A stretch of 33,353 nt of DNA from Candidatus Nezhaarchaeota archaeon WYZ-LMO8. GTDB taxonomy: Archaea > Thermoproteota > Methanomethylicia > Nezhaarchaeales > WYZ-LMO8. The position numbers were made by a program, and so were the translations under genes. This document shows, piece by piece, positions 26,199 to 33,353 of the stretch. Below the pieces are notes generated by a model. That model had not been told where the DNA came from, did no database searches, and saw nothing but the letters and a program-made list of their open reading frames with translations. Every line of letters starts with the position of its first letter. Position 1 is the first letter of the stretch. Location of the stretch: NCBI GenBank assembly GCA_004347965.1, contig QNVF01000012.1, positions 1-33,353 of the forward strand, given 5' to 3'.

Positions 26199-27434
26199 AT
26201 GATGATTGAGAATATTGTTTGTACAGGATGCTCACTGTTATGCAATGACGTTGACGTTGAGGTCCAAGCTTCTTCAATAAAAAGAACTAGAGGAGCTTGT
26301 AGCCATGGAGATTCTAGGCTTAAAGGCTTCCAACAGAATAGACTTCGAAGACCTTTAATTGATGGCACTCCAACCGACATTGACAAAGCCATTGAGGCTA
26401 CTACTGAGAGACTTAAGTCGGCTAAGGCGCCTCTAATTTATGGGGGTGAGTGCTCAAGCAACAGAACCATAGAGTTAGCATTGAAGCTGGCTGAAAGATT
26501 GGAGGCGTACTACGATGCTCCGCCATCAATATGCAGGGTTGTTATACCGATTCAAGAAGAGCTTGAAATTAAAAGTTTCAGCTTAGATGAGGTTCTAGAC
26601 GAAGCGGACTTCATAATATACTGGGGTGTGAGCGCTGCAGACACGCACTTACGACATGCTAGTCGGTATGCAGTCATGCCTAGAGGAAGCGTGGTAAAGA
26701 TGGGAAGGGAAAGCAGAATCGTGGCTACCATAGATGCCAGAGAATCCATGACCATGAAGATATCTCAACACAAGATATTGATTGATCCGTGCTTCGATAC
26801 TAGAATAGCGAAAGCCATAGCGGACTTAGTAGATGGATACAGTCCATCATTAGATGACGTTACGGCGAGGCAGATAGCTATCCTAGTATCAGATCTTAAG
26901 AGGGCCTCTTTCGTAGCCTTATTCCTAGGCTCTAACATTCTGAGATGTAATTATTGTGGAGAGACTGTTAGGGGGATCTTGGAGTCAGTGAGAAGGTTAA
27001 GCGCAAGGTATAAGTGCTCAGTTCACCCGATGGCTGAGAACGTTAACTCTTATGGTCAAGCAAAGATCATGTGGAAGACCTTGAAGACTTGCTCCCCCTA
27101 TAGCTTTAAGGAAAAGAAGTCAGCAGAGCCCCTCCACGTCTTAGTTGCACGTCAAGCTATCGACTTCGTCTTAGCGATTAATAGTGACGTCTTGACTCAA
27201 ATACCTCTTGAGGCCTCAAGAAGTCTTAGGATGAAGTTAGCCTGCACCACCGAGTTAAGGAGTATAACTCAAGAGAACTCAGTGATTGCAATGCCGATTA
27301 AAATCCTAGGAGTTGAAGCAGGAGGTGTCGTAACCAGAACAGATGGTGTGAATGTAGATCTTAAACCGTTCATAACTAATGACGAAGTCCCTAGCGAGGA
27401 GGAAGTCTTAAGTCGCTTACTAGCCAGTATTTGA
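26199..27434 (+). CDS. fwdB: Formylmethanofuran dehydrogenase subunit B-like protein, divergent active site
   Basis: CTGCSLLCND...C [4Fe-4S] motif, PLIYG, ADFIIYWG...H.RH.SRY and GVEAGG...R.DGV; has SICR and PMAENVNS in place of SVCH and PMRGHYNV. Confidence 0.82.
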   Translation: MMIENIVCTGCSLLCNDVDVEVQASSIKRTRGACSHGDSRLKGFQQNRLRRPLIDGTPTDIDKAIEATTERLKSAKAPLIYGGECSSNRTIELALKLAERLEAYYDAPPSICRVVIPIQEELEIKSFSLDEVLDEADFIIYWGVSAADTHLRHASRYAVMPRGSVVKMGRESRIVATIDARESMTMKISQHKILIDPCFDTRIAKAIADLVDGYSPSLDDVTARQIAILVSDLKRASFVALFLGSNILRCNYCGETVRGILESVRRLSARYKCSVHPMAENVNSYGQAKIMWKTLKTCSPYSFKEKKSAEPLHVLVARQAIDFVLAINSDVLTQIPLEASRSLRMKLACTTELRSITQENSVIAMPIKILGVEAGGVVTRTDGVNVDLKPFITNDEVPSEEEVLSRLLASI

Positions 27435-27444
27435 GGGACTAAAA

Positions 27445-29835
27445 TTGATTCAATGCGATGAAGGTGTATCAAATCAAAGGAGCTTAGGAAAGGATAAGGT
27501 ACTACTCTTTGTATGTAGATGTGGTACGAACATAGCTGGGACTGTGAACATAGATGACGTGCTTAAGCACTTTTCTGGTAGAGAAGGAGTTGTTGTTAAA
27601 GAACATGAACATTGCTGCAGCGATGATGGGATTAAGAAGATAAGGGACTCTATAAGGGAAGTAGGAGCATTAAGGTTAGTAATAGCATGCTGCACTCCAT
27701 CACTCCATGGAGAACTCTTTAAGAAAGTTGCTGAAGAAGCTGGCTTAAATCGAGGTTTTGTAGAGATAGTAAATATACGAGAGCAATGCTCATGGGTCCA
27801 CTACCATGATCCTGAAAGAGCTACGAATAAAGCCATAGATCTCATAGAGATGGGCTTAGCTGCTATTCCCCATGCATTACCAGCTAAGCTGGTTAAAGTG
27901 CCTATTGAAAGGTCTGTTCTAGTGCTAGGTGGAGGTGTTGCTGGAGTAACTGTAGCTCTACTACTAGCAGAAATGGGCATAAAGGTGTACTTAGTAGAGA
28001 GGGAGGGCTTTATCGGAGGTCACATGGCTAAGTGGGATAAGGTGTATCCAACACTGGATTGTAGCATATGCGTCTTAGGTCCACAGCTCTCAAAAGTGTA
28101 CAATCATCCAAACATAAAAGTCTTCACGCTCAGTGAGGTCAAGTCAGTAAGGGGAATTCTAGGCAATTACGAAGTTGAAATAGTGAAAAGGGCTAGGTAC
28201 GTAGATGAGGGGTTATGCAATGGATGTAATAAGTGCCTTGATGTGTGCCCCATACAGCTTCCAAACGAATACAATTATGGCATTGGCTTCAGGTCCGCGA
28301 TAGTTAAGCCATCACCAGAAGCCGTTCCGCCTGCACCTTACATAGATTTAAAGCATTGTATTGGTTGTTACTGCTGCGTCGGCGTTTGCGATCCTAAAGC
28401 AATAAACTTTAATGATGAGGACAAAACCATCAAACTCAAAGTTGGTGCAATAGTAGTTGCCACCGGCTTTAAGCCCTTCGATCCTCGAATACTTGAGGAG
28501 TATGGTTACGGAAGAATACCTGACGTAATCATCAGTGCTGAGTATGAAAGGATATTAAATAGCTCAGGACCAACTAAAGGGAAGATAATTAGGATATCTG
28601 ATGGAAGAGAGCCTAGAAAGATCGCTTTCATACAATGCGTTGGCAGTAGAAGCGATAGATTGGGTCGTAGATATTGTAGTAGGGTCTGTTGTAACAACGC
28701 CATAAAGCAAGCTATTCAAACGAAGCTCATGATCCCAGATAGCGATATTAAGATTTTCTATGTTGATGTAAGGGCGACAGGAAAGCTGAGCGAAGAAGCT
28801 TATAGGCGAGCAATGGATATGGGCATCAGTTTTGTGAAAGCTAGAGTGAGCGAACTGAAGAAGACTAAGGATGGCAAAATAAGAATGTTTTATGAGGACG
28901 TCTTAAGCCAAGAGTTTGTGGAAGAAGACTTCGATCTAGTAGTCTTAAGCATTGGAATGGAACCTCCTGAAGGTATTAGAGATCTAGCTTCAATGCTTGG
29001 TATCCCTCTAAGTGAAGATGGCTTTCTTGCAGAGTATCATCTTAAGCTTAATCCAGCTGATACCTTCTGTAGAGGGATATACCTAGCTGGTGCTTGCTCT
29101 GGTCCTAAGGACATAACTGAGACCGTAACTCAAGCTGGACTAGCTGCTTCAAGAGTTGCAGAACTCTTAAGAAAAGGGGAGGTAGAGGTGGAGCTTCATG
29201 CTCCAGTGATTGACAAGTCTAAATGCATGTTGTGCTTAAATTGCGTTAGAGCATGCCCCTTCGGAACGTTGAAAGTAGGCGAGAAAGGCGTCGTCATTGA
29301 TGAGGTTGCTTGTAGAGGTTGTGGAGCATGCATAGCAGCATGCCCATCAGGAGCCATATCTCCCTCAAGCTTCTTAAGCGATCACCAAATACTAGCCATG
29401 CTCAAAGCGTTACTTTCAAGGAAGAGCGAGTATCCTTTGATAGTTGCCTTTATGTGTATGTGGTGCGGCTATGCTGCAGCTGATAATGCTGGGTTAAATA
29501 AGGTGGTCTATCCAACGAACATCAGAATCATAAGGATCCCTTGTGCTGTTAGAGTTCCTCCAAATCACGTGCTAGAAGCCTTTAAGCTTGGAGCTGATGG
29601 AGTAATGATTTTGGGCTGCTACGAACAGGATTGCCACTATAGGTTCGGAAGAATTAAGGCAAACGAAAGAGTTGAGGTTCTCAAGGAGCTCTTAAAGGAG
29701 ATCGGAGTGAATCCTGAGAGACTCGTAATCGATGGTGTTGCTGCATCTGAAGGTAAAAAGGTAGCTGAACTTGTAAGCTCCTTCGTTGAGAAAGTGGCTA
29801 AGCTTGGACCAATAGGCTCAGAGTTTGGAGCGTGA
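27445..29835 (+). CDS. hdrA: Heterodisulfide reductase subunit A fused to C-terminal MvhD
   Basis: CRCGTNI, NIREQCSWVH, GGGVAG, DKVYPTLDCSIC, QCVGSR, CSRVCC and GPKDI motifs; MvhD part FMCMWCGYAAAD...PC...GC...CHY. Confidence 0.95.
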   Translation: MIQCDEGVSNQRSLGKDKVLLFVCRCGTNIAGTVNIDDVLKHFSGREGVVVKEHEHCCSDDGIKKIRDSIREVGALRLVIACCTPSLHGELFKKVAEEAGLNRGFVEIVNIREQCSWVHYHDPERATNKAIDLIEMGLAAIPHALPAKLVKVPIERSVLVLGGGVAGVTVALLLAEMGIKVYLVEREGFIGGHMAKWDKVYPTLDCSICVLGPQLSKVYNHPNIKVFTLSEVKSVRGILGNYEVEIVKRARYVDEGLCNGCNKCLDVCPIQLPNEYNYGIGFRSAIVKPSPEAVPPAPYIDLKHCIGCYCCVGVCDPKAINFNDEDKTIKLKVGAIVVATGFKPFDPRILEEYGYGRIPDVIISAEYERILNSSGPTKGKIIRISDGREPRKIAFIQCVGSRSDRLGRRYCSRVCCNNAIKQAIQTKLMIPDSDIKIFYVDVRATGKLSEEAYRRAMDMGISFVKARVSELKKTKDGKIRMFYEDVLSQEFVEEDFDLVVLSIGMEPPEGIRDLASMLGIPLSEDGFLAEYHLKLNPADTFCRGIYLAGACSGPKDITETVTQAGLAASRVAELLRKGEVEVELHAPVIDKSKCMLCLNCVRACPFGTLKVGEKGVVIDEVACRGCGACIAACPSGAISPSSFLSDHQILAMLKALLSRKSEYPLIVAFMCMWCGYAAADNAGLNKVVYPTNIRIIRIPCAVRVPPNHVLEAFKLGADGVMILGCYEQDCHYRFGRIKANERVEVLKELLKEIGVNPERLVIDGVAASEGKKVAELVSSFVEKVAKLGPIGSEFGA

Positions 29836-31138
29836 GAGAGCATTGCAGTCACTAAAACCAACTCTTGAAGTTGAAGTGGAGGAGAAGGCTCTAAACTATA
29901 GGTGGAGAGGACCAGTCCTAGAGAAGAAGCTTGTATACGACCTTGACAAGTGCTTTGGTTGTGGTCTATGTGAGATTGTGTGTCCAGTGAAAGCGATATC
30001 CATGGGGCCAATTAAGGAGATAGCCTCTGGTAGAATCAGCGCACCTTACATAATAATCGATGAGACGAGATGTGTAGTTTGCCCGCTCTGCTCATCGATT
30101 TGCCCTTCAGGAGCTCTAAAGCTCGAGCTACAATCAGACTTTGAGCACCCGAGAGTTAAAGGCCGCATAGAGGTAGACAAGAGTGAGTGCATTCCGTGTC
30201 TGCTATGCGAGAAGGTGTGCCCTAGAAAAGCCATCAAAGCTGAAGTCTCAGTTAAAAAGAAGAGTGAGCTCGTCAAGTACCTTGAGGAAGGTAATGCTTG
30301 GGGTAGAGGAAGAATAAGTATAGATGTTGACAAATGCTGTTTTTGCGGCTTATGTGAGCTTTTGTGCGATGCAGTGAAAATAGAATGGATTAACCCTCAA
30401 CCACCAGACTTCAAGCTTGGAGTATCGATAAGAGTTAATGAAGAGAAGTGTGATTATTGTGGTCTATGCGAAAAGATATGTCCAGTAAGAGCAATCAAAG
30501 TTGAGTGCGTAGAATCTGCTCCTAGGGAAATCAAGGAACCAGTTATTGAGGGATCAATTAAGATAAGTGAAGACTGCATTTGGTGTGGGCTCTGTAGTAG
30601 CCTTTGCCCGGTAAAAGCGATCAAGGTCGAAAAGCCATTTGAAGGAGACGTCTACATGATCGAGCCAAACGATTGCGATCCTTCAGGGTGTAAAAACTGT
30701 ATTAACATATGTCCTGCGAAGATAGTTTACGTGGCCAGACCTCCATCAAAGGAGAAAATGCTTTTCACGAAGAACTATTGTATATTTTGCGGTTCATGTG
30801 AAAGAGCATGCCCAGTTGATGCCATTAGAGTTGCTAGAAAAAGCATGAGAGTTGAAAGCTCAAAGTCTCCTTGGATGGATATGAGCAACGAGCAATTTAG
30901 AAAGGTGCTATATGGCTACAAGCACCCGAGACCAAGCATTTATCATAGAGTTGTAAAGTTAGAGGAAGCACCTATAGCGCTTCCACAGCCTCTAACTACA
31001 CCACCAACACCTAAAGGCTTTAGCAGAGTCGTTGAGGGGATCGAGAGGGTCGAGAAGCTATTGTCGAGTGTGCTGGGAAGAGTCCTCTTTGAGCGACGTG
31101 AGGTCAGAAGATTGCTATCTAATTTAAGAGGTGAATAA
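29825..31138 (+). CDS. fwdF: FwdF-type polyferredoxin (8 x [4Fe-4S])
   Basis: Eight CxxCxxCxxxC-type motifs including CDPSGCKNCINICP; N-terminal KKLVYDLDKC. Confidence 0.85.
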   Translation: MERERALQSLKPTLEVEVEEKALNYRWRGPVLEKKLVYDLDKCFGCGLCEIVCPVKAISMGPIKEIASGRISAPYIIIDETRCVVCPLCSSICPSGALKLELQSDFEHPRVKGRIEVDKSECIPCLLCEKVCPRKAIKAEVSVKKKSELVKYLEEGNAWGRGRISIDVDKCCFCGLCELLCDAVKIEWINPQPPDFKLGVSIRVNEEKCDYCGLCEKICPVRAIKVECVESAPREIKEPVIEGSIKISEDCIWCGLCSSLCPVKAIKVEKPFEGDVYMIEPNDCDPSGCKNCINICPAKIVYVARPPSKEKMLFTKNYCIFCGSCERACPVDAIRVARKSMRVESSKSPWMDMSNEQFRKVLYGYKHPRPSIYHRVVKLEEAPIALPQPLTTPPTPKGFSRVVEGIERVEKLLSSVLGRVLFERREVRRLLSNLRGE

Positions 31139-31483
31139 AGTGGTTAAACTTGTGGGTTCTCCACTAGACTTAGAAACTGTTACTTTAATTATGGAAGGAT
31201 GCTCATCGAGTCCTAAGAGGGCCATGGAGTATGGTGAAGGGGGCATGAAGGCTAGGCCCCTCCTAACGTCGCTTCTAACTCTTGCTCTAACCTTCACTGA
31301 ACCATGCTTAGAGGATACTTCAACGATGTCGCCGTCCGATACTCCAAGAATCGAAGAATCCTCTTGGCTTAAGTATATGGTCGCTGATTCTCTACAATAT
31401 TCATTGCTTAAAGAGCCTAAGCGTTTTGCCTTCTCGAAATCGTGTAAACCCTCAATCAGTAAGTTAAGCTCTAGTCTCATCAT
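31124..31483 (-). CDS. fwdD: FwdD-like molybdopterin dinucleotide-binding domain protein, inverted relative to the cluster
   Basis: EYCRESATIYLSQEDSSILGVSDGDIVEVSSKHGSVKVRA...GLAFMPPSPYS matches the FwdD fold. Confidence 0.85.
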   Translation of the reverse strand: MMRLELNLLIEGLHDFEKAKRLGSLSNEYCRESATIYLSQEDSSILGVSDGDIVEVSSKHGSVKVRARVRSDVRRGLAFMPPSPYSMALLGLDEHPSIIKVTVSKSSGEPTSLTTLFTS

Positions 31484-31500
31484 AGTCTCATAAGGGGTGA

Positions 31501-31980
31501 GTGATAATAAATACGTTTTCCTCTGATGTCAATAAGTGCATTCAGTGTGGAAGCTGTACATCAGCTTGCCCCGTTTCTAGAGCTACTAAGAGGTTTAACC
31601 CTCGATTAATAGTGCTTACTTTCAAGAGAAAAGCACCGCTTAAAAGCGAAGACCTGTGGTTATGCTTAAACTGCCATGTATGTGAGGCTCGATGCCCTAA
31701 CGATGTTAAGGTCTCAAAGATGATTCTTGAAGAGAGGGGTAAGGCCTTAGAAGCTCATGGTGAGGATAGAGTCTTCGAGTTCTACTCAACCTGGATTAGA
31801 GCTCTACTTGATAGCGGCGTCATAGCTTTCGCAACCAACACTAAGGTAGAAGACTTCAAGGCTGAGAGTGGACTCAACATTCCAACGCTTACAGAGAGTG
31901 TAAAGCTTGAGCTTCGTAACTTTCTGAGAAGTATAAGCTTAGAAGCGAGGTTAAGGGAGGTAATGGGCTTTGAGAGGTAA
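31501..31980 (+). CDS. hdrC: Heterodisulfide reductase subunit C
   Basis: CIQCGSCTSACP, FNPR and LWLCLNCHVCEARCP motifs; GGGGTGA RBS. Confidence 0.88.
   Translation: MIINTFSSDVNKCIQCGSCTSACPVSRATKRFNPRLIVLTFKRKAPLKSEDLWLCLNCHVCEARCPNDVKVSKMILEERGKALEAHGEDRVFEFYSTWIRALLDSGVIAFATNTKVEDFKAESGLNIPTLTESVKLELRNFLRSISLEARLREVMGFER
31505..31521 (-). promoter_or_regulatory. Putative antisense BRE/TATA promoter for fwdD inside the hdrC 5' end
   Basis: Minus strand reads GGAAAA-CG-TATTTATTA, ending 22-25 nt before the fwdD ATGs (31483/31480), the spacing of a leaderless archaeal transcript. Confidence 0.5.
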
Positions 31981-32827
31981 AGATAAGGGAGGAGTTATAC
32001 TTTATCCTGGCTGCGTCTCCCTTAATAAGTATCCTGGAATAGTTAGGTCAGCTATTGAAGTATTGAAGTTTCTAGGAGTAGAGTTTAGATTCCCCACTAA
32101 CATGCTTTGTTGCTCACGTCCACTTGAGAGAATCGGAGTTTTAAAGGAAGAGTACACCAACGCTCTCGCCTACTTCAATTTAACTAGGCTCATGGATAAT
32201 CCGAGCAGCGTCATTGTTGTGTGTAATGGATGTTATCTATCTTTCCGTAGAGCCTTAGAAGTTAACGAGCTTAGAAGCAGTTATGGAGTTGAAGCTGAGT
32301 GCTCTCACATAGCTGAGGTTATATGGCGGAATAGGCATGAGCTTGCCAGTCAAGCTAAGGTTAAGCTTAATAAGCTAAGAGTTGCTGTCCACGTTGGCTG
32401 TCACTACCTCTACTATCCGCATGGCGACATAATCAAGAGCGAGGATGGAGAAGACATTTTAGAAGACATAGCCTTAACGCTTAATGCTGAAGTGGTAGAT
32501 TATGGAGAGAAGCGAACTTGTTGCGGAGGGACCATGGTCAAATGGTTTAGGAATGTAACCTTTGCGATAGCTCGAGAAAAGCTGAAGAGTATTGTAGAGA
32601 GCGATGCCAACGTTATTTTAACAATGTGCCCTTACTGCCTGAGAACTTTTAACAGAGCTCAGCAAAGGCTGAGAGGTCTTAAGGAAATCGAAAGAGTCAT
32701 ACCTGTAATACACGTATCTCAACTAGTCGCCCTAGCCTTAGGTTTTGACCCGGTGAAGATTGCAGGGTTGCATATGCAAATGCCAAATCAAGAGCTTGAG
32801 AGACTTTGTCAAGCTTTAACCTCCTAA
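31970..32827 (+). CDS. hdrB: Heterodisulfide reductase subunit B
   Basis: Two CCG domains: YPGC...CCS...CNGC and HVGCH...CCGG...CPYC; C-terminal IPVIHVSQLVALALG. Confidence 0.9.
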   Translation: MRGKDKGGVILYPGCVSLNKYPGIVRSAIEVLKFLGVEFRFPTNMLCCSRPLERIGVLKEEYTNALAYFNLTRLMDNPSSVIVVCNGCYLSFRRALEVNELRSSYGVEAECSHIAEVIWRNRHELASQAKVKLNKLRVAVHVGCHYLYYPHGDIIKSEDGEDILEDIALTLNAEVVDYGEKRTCCGGTMVKWFRNVTFAIAREKLKSIVESDANVILTMCPYCLRTFNRAQQRLRGLKEIERVIPVIHVSQLVALALGFDPVKIAGLHMQMPNQELERLCQALTS

Positions 32828-33351
32828 TCACTTTCACCTACTTGCTCCTCAACTTCTGATTGAAGTAGTGATGACAAGGCTATTATGGCGCTTGAAGCAG
32901 CGAAGTCCGTTGCTATCGTAACTCCAGGGCATAAGTCAACAACTGCTGAAGCATATCTAAAAACGCCCTTCGGTATTCCCTCTCTTGAGCCTACCAGGAT
33001 GTTAACTCTCTTACCACTTAACAATAGCGATTTAAGCCTATCACTCATAGAGCCTATATAGTTCCCCTCAGGCTCAAAGACTATTATCACTTCATTAGAC
33101 CTTTCCCTCACTAACTGAAAGAGATCCTGGACTAAGACTGGGACCTTATAGACCTCTCTACCATAAACTCTACGTTGCACCTCATACCTCGTCTTAATTC
33201 CTTCGTAGACTCCGTCTATGAAGTTGCGAAGTTGCTTAGCGTTCACAGATCCTATGATTGCTATGACTAGCTCACCGACCTCAAATGTTTGTACTGCTCG
33301 ACCAATCCTTAGTCCCATAGTTTTAGAGGCTTCCTCATCTCCAAGATATGG
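32824..33351 (-). CDS. SPOUT-family RNA methyltransferase (AF2226-like), 5' part outside the window
   Basis: Frame stays open to the window edge (PYLGDEEASKTMGLRIGRAVQ); knot motifs FEPEG, VGSREGIPKG and VDLCPGVTIAT. Confidence 0.75.
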   Translation of the reverse strand, partial: PYLGDEEASKTMGLRIGRAVQTFEVGELVIAIIGSVNAKQLRNFIDGVYEGIKTRYEVQRRVYGREVYKVPVLVQDLFQLVRERSNEVIIVFEPEGNYIGSMSDRLKSLLLSGKRVNILVGSREGIPKGVFRYASAVVDLCPGVTIATDFAASSAIIALSSLLQSEVEEQVGESD

Positions 33352-33353
33352 TA

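Noticed and set aside
31131..31493. Plus-strand 120-aa ORF that neatly fills the gap between fwdF and hdrC
   Set aside because: No recognisable motifs, and it lies in the same shadow-frame register as many other antisense ORFs here. The minus strand encodes a clear FwdD homolog. Ribosome profiling would be needed to exclude it fully.
31110..31510. Recombinase-driven invertible (phase-variable) fwdD cassette
   Set aside because: The flanking similarities are direct, RBS-like repeats rather than inverted repeats, and no recombinase gene is in the window.

Overview
Gene-dense archaeal chromosomal segment. TATA/BRE promoters, GGTGA-type RBSs, tes, nreA, a Trm5-family gene and an aCcr1/CdrS-like RHH gene point to an anaerobic Thermoproteota (TACK) archaeon; the taxonomy is my inference. 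Left to right it holds: molybdate/tungstate ABC genes divergent from a Ni/Co ECF transporter; a decayed patch with a broken CbiX/CfbA chelatase and a Dph6-like fragment, both missed by the ORF track; an FbiB-C/FbiE-like nitroreductase, a methyltransferase and pyk; yhhQ-queC behind a ~100-nt GC-rich leader with mutually exclusive hairpins covering the start codon (candidate archaeal preQ0 riboswitch); PhoH-KH, nreA, a two-subunit tungsten AOR, galT, a phosphoesterase, a PDCD5-like gene and PGM/PMM; an AT-rich, repeat-laden 1.3-kb region with a Zn-ribbon gene and an RHH regulator divergent from tes; Trm5, DUF211, VIT1 and cimA. It ends with an unusual fwdG-fwdB-hdrA/mvhD-fwdF-(inverted fwdD)-hdrC-hdrB cluster that lacks fwdA/fwdC and has degenerate FwdB/FwdD active-site motifs. 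I saw no tRNA, rRNA, CRISPR array or intact mobile element. All family calls come from motif recognition, not database searches.
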